Source of the DNA: a virus | Lineage: Duplodnaviria > Heunggongvirae > Uroviricota > Caudoviricetes | Virus record (IMG/VR): IMGVR_UViG_3300014205_000001 | Coordinates: 253,413 to 317,412 of that record | Length of the DNA: 64,000 bases | Direction: 5' to 3' (one strand) | Shown: piece by piece, positions 57,684 to 64,000 of the stretch | How positions within the stretch are numbered: the first letter of the stretch is position 1 | Layout of the letters: every line of letters starts with the position of its first letter | The notes under the pieces: generated by a model | What the model was told of the DNA's origin: nothing | Database searches by the model: none | The model's input: the letters and a program-made list of their open reading frames with translations, nothing else | Translations under genes and position numbers: made by a program

Positions 57684-57989
57684 ATGACAAGAATTACTCA
57701 AGGCGCTTCTGTACGTCTGAATTTAGAAAATTTGTTCGAAATTCGTGAAAAATTTATTGGTGATCGATACAATAAAATTTTACAGAAAGTTGATGAAAAG
57801 CAACTCAAAAAAGAATTAACATTTCTTACTTACGAAAGTCCAGCTTACATTGATAATGTAAGACATGAATTATGTCGTGTTAGAGGTTTACAACTTTGCG
57901 ACGACCAAGGTCGTAAATTCGACATCTGTGATTTATTAATTCCTGAAGCATCCTTAATTATAATTCAACAACAATATCAACATAAATAA
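57684..57989 (+). CDS. hypothetical protein
   Basis: 101-aa ORF. Confidence 0.4.
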   Translation: MTRITQGASVRLNLENLFEIREKFIGDRYNKILQKVDEKQLKKELTFLTYESPAYIDNVRHELCRVRGLQLCDDQGRKFDICDLLIPEASLIIIQQQYQHK

Positions 57990-58000
57990 AACCAAATAAC

Positions 58001-58342
58001 ATGACAGCAACTACAAAAAATTGTCCCAGCACAATTCAAATGCATCAAGATGTAACCAATTTGATTTTTGAAGCGAAAAAATTCGAAAATAAAAATCCTG
58101 ATCTTGCTAAACAGAAATATGAAGAAGCGTTTTCACTTGCAAAAGAAGCAGCACAACTTTTAAAACAAGAAGTAAATGCTGAACCAATTCGTTCAGAACT
58201 TTACTACAGTGCTAGTTGTTTAGCTTTAAAATTACGTAACAACAGAGAAGCATTTGAATTGGCAGTTGAAGGTAAAAGGTTTTGTCAAAGTTCACCTTTG
58301 TTAGAAGAACTTGAAGAATTACGAATTAAAGCACAATTTTAA
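58001..58342 (+). CDS. hypothetical protein
   Basis: 113-aa ORF. Confidence 0.4.
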   Translation: MTATTKNCPSTIQMHQDVTNLIFEAKKFENKNPDLAKQKYEEAFSLAKEAAQLLKQEVNAEPIRSELYYSASCLALKLRNNREAFELAVEGKRFCQSSPLLEELEELRIKAQF

Positions 58343-58677
58343 TGAAAAAGTTTTTGCAAATATTAAGTTCAATAATGTTGATCTTAAATCCAACTTGTGG
58401 TTTAATGATTGTTGCAAGTATTATACATAGTTGTAAAACAGGAACATATTGGTGGATTATCGCGATAGCATTTTCGTTTGTTATTGTGTATTTTGTTTTA
58501 AAATTCAATGCTTATATGTATCGTGATGAAAACAAAAAACGATACACTGAATATTTGAAATGGAAAGCAAAATTCAGTTTAACACACGATTTAATACAAG
58601 AATATTGTACTGATTATGGCGGTGCTGATTATCAATTATGGCGGAATAAATTAACTGGTAAATACATAGAAATATAA
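58342..58677 (+). CDS. small membrane protein
   Basis: Two hydrophobic helices in N-terminal 60 aa. Confidence 0.4.
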   Translation: MKKFLQILSSIMLILNPTCGLMIVASIIHSCKTGTYWWIIAIAFSFVIVYFVLKFNAYMYRDENKKRYTEYLKWKAKFSLTHDLIQEYCTDYGGADYQLWRNKLTGKYIEI

Positions 58678-59489
58678 TGAATATACATTTTACAGATAAA
58701 GACTTCTTTGAAGATTTAAAAGCTGCAACTCTCGCTAAAGTAAGAGTAGGTTCTCATTTATATGGGACTAATAACGAAAATTCTGATGAAGATTTTCTGT
58801 ATATTTATGCTACATCTAAAGCAGAATTAGGCAGTGTATTTTCAACGAATCATCAATTACAATACAAAGAAAACAATATTGATCATAATTTTGTTTCGTT
58901 ACATCAATTCATTAAGAATTGTATTAACGGTGATAGTCCCATTAATTTTGAAGTAATTCAATCAGATGAATTAGTGGGAAGCGATGTAGAATTTTTAACA
59001 GTACATCAGGATTATTTTCGCACCTATGCAATTATTCGTAGCTATAATGGTTTGGTAAAACGCGACATCAAACATTACAATAAAGCAACTACGGATTATG
59101 AAAAACGTAAACGATTAGGTCATATTGTTCGTGGCATATTGTATACACATTTGTTATTGGATAATAACTTTAATTTCAAACAAGCAAATTTATCCTTTAT
59201 CCAAACACAGCAAAAATATGCTGAATTAGACCTCGACCCAAGAATTGTGAATCCTGAACTACAACGTTTAAATTCCATTGCTGAAGAACAGCGTAAATTG
59301 CTGAATGAAAAATTAGACAACGGCACGTTGGGTTATGCAAAAACAATGGATGTTAAAGGTGGTGTGATAATTACCCAGGATTTACAGCATCTAATGAACT
59401 CTTTATTCTTTCAGGTAAAACAGGACAAGTTAAAGAATTTCGATCTGTCTTATTTCATAAAAGCCTTCGAAAACTGGGTCCAATATTAA
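58677..59489 (+). CDS. Pol-beta-superfamily nucleotidyltransferase (RlaP/PF10127-like)
   Basis: VRVGSHLYGTNNENSDEDFLYIY carries the GS-x9-SDxD NTase signature near the N-terminus. 270 aa. Confidence 0.6.
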   Translation: MNIHFTDKDFFEDLKAATLAKVRVGSHLYGTNNENSDEDFLYIYATSKAELGSVFSTNHQLQYKENNIDHNFVSLHQFIKNCINGDSPINFEVIQSDELVGSDVEFLTVHQDYFRTYAIIRSYNGLVKRDIKHYNKATTDYEKRKRLGHIVRGILYTHLLLDNNFNFKQANLSFIQTQQKYAELDLDPRIVNPELQRLNSIAEEQRKLLNEKLDNGTLGYAKTMDVKGGVIITQDLQHLMNSLFFQVKQDKLKNFDLSYFIKAFENWVQY

Positions 59490-59498
59490 ATTTTAAAG

Positions 59499-59510
59499 CA
59501 TATAATTGTA
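59499..59510 (+). promoter_or_regulatory. conserved motif CATATAATTGTA (copy 6)
   Basis: TATAAT 6 nt before ATG 59513. Confidence 0.5.
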
Positions 59511-59512
59511 TC

Positions 59513-60079
59513 ATGTTAAGAATTAAAGACTGTAAACCTGAAGTAGGCACTTTTGGAAGTGCTGAAGAATTTCCAGTATTGGAATGTATTATCGATCAAG
59601 TTAAATTATTAGAAGTGAAACATCGAATTGCTGTATGTCGGACTTTAAATAAAGTAAATGATCTTGTCGCATTATGTAACAAAATACCTAATGTGCAATT
59701 TCGGATGAATGTGAAACGTAAATTTGAAAAAGAATTACGTGAATCTATTCGTAAGGATTTCAGTTCGATTAATAATAAAATGGCAACTCACATGGAAAAC
59801 TTTGTGCATGCAAAGTTCAATAGCCGTGACGAATTAAAACAACATATTCAAGATTTGAAAAACGATAAATTACGGCAACAGAAACAATCCGCAATTAAAG
59901 ATGTAAAGTTACCTAAATTTTACATTTTTGGTAGTAAATCTTCACAAGATTACGATGTGATTTGTTTTCCTGAGGCTTTACTTAGTATTGCATATAACGC
60001 ACAACTTTGTAAAAATACGAATATGTATTGGAAGATTTGTTTGAACGTGAATCGATGCCTAAAAAGAAAATCAATGTGA
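59513..60079 (+). CDS. hypothetical protein with second GS...DxD-like motif
   Basis: YIFGSKSSQDYDVICF near C-terminus. 188 aa. Confidence 0.45.
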   Translation: MLRIKDCKPEVGTFGSAEEFPVLECIIDQVKLLEVKHRIAVCRTLNKVNDLVALCNKIPNVQFRMNVKRKFEKELRESIRKDFSSINNKMATHMENFVHAKFNSRDELKQHIQDLKNDKLRQQKQSAIKDVKLPKFYIFGSKSSQDYDVICFPEALLSIAYNAQLCKNTNMYWKICLNVNRCLKRKSM

Positions 60080-60660
60080 ATTTAGGTTTTGTGATTGATA
60101 ATAGTATCGGTCATGTTCATAAAGGAACATTTGATGAAGTACATAATAGTGTAATGTGTACATATAAAAATCATAAACAGTTTCACCCATTAACATTACA
60201 ACACTATTATATTCGTGGTGGTGGTGAAAATCAATATACTCATTTAAAAATCAAACGTTGTTTAAGATTTATATTATCTTTCTTTTCTCGTGTTCCTGAA
60301 TTACGCCCATTTGTTAAACCAGCACTTAAAGGTAACATAAATATGAGATTAGATGCTTTGTGTAAAATTGATTTAACAAAACATATAAATTTTGAAGGTA
60401 AGAAAGAAAAGGTGGAAGATATTTATAAAGTGTTAGCCTTTCAATTAGCACAGACACATTTATTAATTCAACGTACTGAAATCTTTTCTAAAGAAGAAGC
60501 AATTAATCATTGCCCAGAATTTACACATGCTTTAAAACGTGAACCTTTAACTTTTTATGATTTGGAAGCATTACAGGAATCATTAACAATGTTGATTGTT
60601 AATACAAAAAATTTAATTCCTAAAATGGAGTCATTAGATGAACCCATTTTCAATACATAA
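60055..60660 (+). CDS. hypothetical protein
   Basis: Track ORF starts at TTG 60028. First ATG is 60055. Overlaps upstream gene by 25 nt in another frame. Confidence 0.4.
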   Translation: MPKKKINVNLGFVIDNSIGHVHKGTFDEVHNSVMCTYKNHKQFHPLTLQHYYIRGGGENQYTHLKIKRCLRFILSFFSRVPELRPFVKPALKGNINMRLDALCKIDLTKHINFEGKKEKVEDIYKVLAFQLAQTHLLIQRTEIFSKEEAINHCPEFTHALKREPLTFYDLEALQESLTMLIVNTKNLIPKMESLDEPIFNT

Positions 60661-60679
60661 GGTTATTACGTTAAAATTA

Positions 60680-60706
60680 AAAGGACAGCTTATTTGCTGT
60701 CCTTTT
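60680..60706. terminator. bidirectional terminator hairpin between convergent genes
   Basis: aaaggacagc / gctgtccttt stem flanked by A- and T-tracts. Confidence 0.6.
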
Positions 60707-60709
60707 CAG

Positions 60710-61237
60710 TTATATATCGAATTTACCTTCTAAATCTCTTGCTAAAATAATGTTTTCAATTAATTGGGGTAAAATTATTTCCGTCACACCCAATACATAC
60801 ACATAAAAATCATATTCTTCAATAGCGTTGAAAGGTAATGCAGCTGGTTGGACGGGTGCAGCAGGTTCAATTGGTGGATTTCCAATTGGAGGTTCGTTTG
60901 AATTATATTCAGTTAATAAAATATTATATGTAATCATATTTTGATTATAGATTGCTAATAAATTATTGTAATTATCAATCAATTTTTTAGCAGCTACAAA
61001 CTGTGTAGTTTCTTGAGTTGTTAATAATCTACCTGTTGGTAAAATTACTAATGAATCAGAAGCTGTTAATGCGCGTTGATAACTAACAATACGCGCATTA
61101 TTAACTTTGTTGTTGTTTACATCGTAGTGTTCAATTGTACACATAATTACAATTTTACGTTGGCTTTGTAACCAATAAAAATCATAAGTTAATTTACGTT
61201 GTAAATCTGTAATAGGGCAATTTGATATTGTGATCAT
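60710..61237 (-). CDS. hypothetical protein (tail-fibre associated?)
   Basis: 175-aa ORF downstream of long fibre-like gene. Confidence 0.45.
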   Translation of the reverse strand: MITISNCPITDLQRKLTYDFYWLQSQRKIVIMCTIEHYDVNNNKVNNARIVSYQRALTASDSLVILPTGRLLTTQETTQFVAAKKLIDNYNNLLAIYNQNMITYNILLTEYNSNEPPIGNPPIEPAAPVQPAALPFNAIEEYDFYVYVLGVTEIILPQLIENIILARDLEGKFDI

Positions 61238-61241
61238 AATT

Positions 61242-63458
61242 TTAGTTGTAGTAGTTTTTTATATTTTTATATATTCCTGTGCGTGTATTTATTTTATTTG
61301 TATCATAACAAATAGTTTCTTGTAAATAACCAATTAAACGATATCCTGCAGATTCACCATATAAATTAGTAATTAAAAATTCATTTACAGAACCCGGACC
61401 TATTTGAAACATCCCTGAAACAATACCATTAACAGCATTGCTGATTACAGTATTACTTCTGTGTATTTCAAGTACGTTAGGAATATTTAATGATATACTA
61501 CCAGGACCTTGTGCAAAAGTACCTAGACTGCCAGTAAGTGTACTATTGTACCCATGATATAATGTACCACTTCCATTTACTTGATATATTCCATAATTAT
61601 TTCCACCACCACCCAACCATTCAGTACCTGTTGTATTGAATTGTACCACACCAATTAAACTATAATCTTTTAAAAAATTTGTTAAAGGTGTTTCTAAATA
61701 TTTACTGTTAGTGTCACTATATATTGCCGGTTTGTTATTTCGAGTAATTAATACACCAGCGTTAACTATTTGTGGTTGATTTGCATTAACAATTTGTGTA
61801 GCATCTAAACCACTTTCAGATTGATCGTACCATGTTACAACATAAGCACTATTATTTCCTACAAATGTCATAAGACTTGTAGTATCTAAATCTCCTTTCC
61901 AATCAAAACCAATATCTATTTCCGCATCATCGTTACTTCGTCTTACACGTAAGCAATAACCACGATATTTACTTCTTAATTTTCTTACTGAGTAAGCCAT
62001 TTTTGCGTTACGTTCTTGATCTAATATAAAAGGATTTGAAACCTTAACAGCATTATAAAATGGATATGTTAAACCAACACCACCATTATATAAAGACAAA
62101 ACATCAGCAGAGGATAAAATACGATTCCAAAAACCTACTTCATCCATGTTACCAGTTAAATTAGAACCAATAAATAAATCGTTTACACTAGCATTGATTG
62201 TTGTAGGCATTGTAGGTAAATGTAAACCTAAAGGTTGTTCAGTAACACATTGAACAGCATCAATATAAATTTTTAATTTATTAATATCTAAAGCTTCCGT
62301 ACCATCATACGTCACAACAATGTGACTCCATTTACCTGGCGTCATGGTACGTGTAACATTACGAGTATAATGATAATCAGCCCCACTTGATTCATAAATA
62401 TATACACCAACACCATATTGATATGAACCATCGTATCGAATTTGGAAACAGTTCAATTTATAAATCCAATATGGAAAAAATAAATCAGGAGATTTTGCCC
62501 AAAATGCAATTGATAATTTATTTATACCTGAAAGTTCTGGCATTGCACCTACGTTGATATTACTACTTGGAGTATATTGTGCAGCTTGGTCTATCTTGCC
62601 ACTCACATAAGATATAGAAGTATCTGTTCCATTATTGCTTCCTACAACATCATTTGAATTATTTTGCATAGGATAATATGAAAATAAACTGTTTGTAAAT
62701 GCTGCAGAATTTTGCATTAATACTCTTTGTTCAGCGTCATTTCGGAATCCTTCTATATTTAAACCAATACCATTATTGTATAAATCAATTGTATCATTGA
62801 TACTTAATTGTCGTTCCCAGATACTAAATTCGTCAATTGTCCCAATCATTGTTGATATAGCTTCAAAAGCTCCACTAATTCCTAAACAACCAATAGAGCT
62901 ATATGACGTAGGAGTATCATTTAAAGTATTTAACCATTTGCCATGATTAACTCCTAATAAAACTATTAACTTGCATAATTTCCCATTAACAGTTAATTGA
63001 TATTGACTACCATTACTTGACCAAGTAACATAGTACCATGTATTTAACAATATAGGAGTATCGTTGTCGTACATTTGACAAAAATTTGCAAATGAATTAT
63101 CACGATATGTGATAGCAAGACGTGCAGTATTGGGACCTGACCCTATATTGTTTCTAACTTCGTACGAAAAAATACTTGAATCACCAAAACCATAATTAAA
63201 AATTCGGTTTGCAGCATTGTAACCTGTTAAATAAATCCATGCACCTATCGTACCTGTAGAAGAATTACTTAAACTTCCTGGAATATACATACGTGAAGTT
63301 GTACCGTTGAATTGTGCACCATTATTTATTTTACCAACAACATGAGAAATATCTATACTAGTCATGTCAGATGTATTGACATAATCATCACCATTTGTAT
63401 CTAATTTATAATGGTGTGCTATATTAGGCGCTATATTATTTCCGTTTTTTAAAATCAT
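61242..63458 (-). CDS. tail fibre / receptor-binding-like protein
   Basis: 738 aa, Asn/Gly/Ser/Thr/Tyr-rich beta composition typical of fibres or lectin-like domains. No enzymatic motif. Confidence 0.45.
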   Translation of the reverse strand: MILKNGNNIAPNIAHHYKLDTNGDDYVNTSDMTSIDISHVVGKINNGAQFNGTTSRMYIPGSLSNSSTGTIGAWIYLTGYNAANRIFNYGFGDSSIFSYEVRNNIGSGPNTARLAITYRDNSFANFCQMYDNDTPILLNTWYYVTWSSNGSQYQLTVNGKLCKLIVLLGVNHGKWLNTLNDTPTSYSSIGCLGISGAFEAISTMIGTIDEFSIWERQLSINDTIDLYNNGIGLNIEGFRNDAEQRVLMQNSAAFTNSLFSYYPMQNNSNDVVGSNNGTDTSISYVSGKIDQAAQYTPSSNINVGAMPELSGINKLSIAFWAKSPDLFFPYWIYKLNCFQIRYDGSYQYGVGVYIYESSGADYHYTRNVTRTMTPGKWSHIVVTYDGTEALDINKLKIYIDAVQCVTEQPLGLHLPTMPTTINASVNDLFIGSNLTGNMDEVGFWNRILSSADVLSLYNGGVGLTYPFYNAVKVSNPFILDQERNAKMAYSVRKLRSKYRGYCLRVRRSNDDAEIDIGFDWKGDLDTTSLMTFVGNNSAYVVTWYDQSESGLDATQIVNANQPQIVNAGVLITRNNKPAIYSDTNSKYLETPLTNFLKDYSLIGVVQFNTTGTEWLGGGGNNYGIYQVNGSGTLYHGYNSTLTGSLGTFAQGPGSISLNIPNVLEIHRSNTVISNAVNGIVSGMFQIGPGSVNEFLITNLYGESAGYRLIGYLQETICYDTNKINTRTGIYKNIKNYYN

Positions 63459-63459
63459 T

Positions 63460-64000
63460 TTATACTAGTGCTATTCTTATCCATTCATCATTTTCGACAC
63501 AGATAAATAAATAATCAGCATCATAATGTTTTTGTGATTGAAAAGTATTTGTAATTGCAGGTCCTGTGTACACTTTACTTGTCCAATTACCTGTGTCTTC
63601 TAAATTTGCACGAGTTGTAGTATCACTAATCCAATCATTGATTAATAATTTTGATGCACTTTGTACACCGCTACTGTTTGATTCTACAATTCTATTACCT
63701 GTACCTGATTGATCAGTAACTTGTAAGTCACCTACTACTTCTAATGTATGACCTGTATTAAAGTTAGAATCACCAATACGGCTTTTACCATTTGCTACAA
63801 TACCTGATTGTTCAATAAATACTCCATATTTATTTGTTCCTGCTAATGCTCCACGAATATATAATCCTGCAGATACACCATACATAAAATAATCTGTAGT
63901 CCCACCACCATAACCAATACCTAATGAAAGTCCACTACCATCATTTACATGTATAGTAGATTGTCCCGCTAAATTATAAGAATTGCTTGTTGCAGCAAAA
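63460..64000 (-). CDS. structural protein, 5' end beyond window
   Basis: Minus-strand frame remains open from 63885 to the window end. Confidence 0.45.
   Translation of the reverse strand, partial: FAATSNSYNLAGQSTIHVNDGSGLSLGIGYGGGTTDYFMYGVSAGLYIRGALAGTNKYGVFIEQSGIVANGKSRIGDSNFNTGHTLEVVGDLQVTDQSGTGNRIVESNSSGVQSASKLLINDWISDTTTRANLEDTGNWTSKVYTGPAITNTFQSQKHYDADYLFICVENDEWIRIALV

Noticed and set aside
60028-60079. Programmed frameshift joining ORFs 59513-60079 and 60028-60660 at the A-rich ccuaaaaagaaaauc site
   Set aside because: An in-frame ATG (60055) gives a conventional overlapping start. There is no downstream stimulatory structure or conservation evidence, so only the possibility is noted.
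1-64000. CRISPR array or integrase/transposase-type mobile elements
   Set aside because: No regularly spaced direct repeats with unique spacers. The only tandem repeats are the two decamer pairs at 18505-18588. No recombinase motifs were seen.

Overview
The window is an AT-rich segment of a large virulent dsDNA phage, probably a contractile-tailed myovirus that infects a Bacteroidetes (Flavobacteriia-type) host. Supporting clues for the host are Bacteroidetes-style lipoprotein signals, a host T9SS C-terminal sorting domain, little use of SD sequences and very short leaders. Genes are tightly packed in alternating strand blocks.

A T4-like nucleotide-metabolism and replication set is recognisable:
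- T4 endonuclease V homologue (denV)
- NAD-dependent DNA ligase
- thioredoxin
- class Ia ribonucleotide reductase NrdA/NrdB
- dihydrofolate reductase and MazG
- an SF2 helicase
- a classical AAA ATPase
- only the C-terminal half (motifs B and C plus thumb) of a family-B DNA polymerase

Auxiliary genes include a PRTase, a CYTH domain, a 2OG-Fe(II) oxygenase, a Rieske domain, a SpoT-like HD hydrolase, a P-loop kinase, a vWA protein and an RlaP-like nucleotidyltransferase. The phage also encodes its own full-length sigma-70 family factor. Virion genes include a gp25-like baseplate wedge, an amidoligase-like/pentapeptide-repeat protein, an esterase-GNAT fusion, two ORFs of about 1300 aa, tail-fibre-like beta-helix proteins and a GH16 glycanase. 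A cluster of tRNAs (three tRNA-Arg isoacceptors plus one atypical tRNA-like element) sits amid structured spacers.

Features not explained by ordinary annotation:
- an exact 12-mer GCATATAATTGT(A/T) placed 6 nt before start codons at six loci, including the sigma factor gene, read here as a phage-specific promoter giving leaderless mRNAs
- a G7 homopolymer frameshift splitting a tail-fibre gene
- ATCCGGCAAT decamer repeats between nrdA and nrdB
- a secreted protein carrying a host T9SS sorting domain
- an SPFH lipoprotein pair
- an NTase-centred three-gene module
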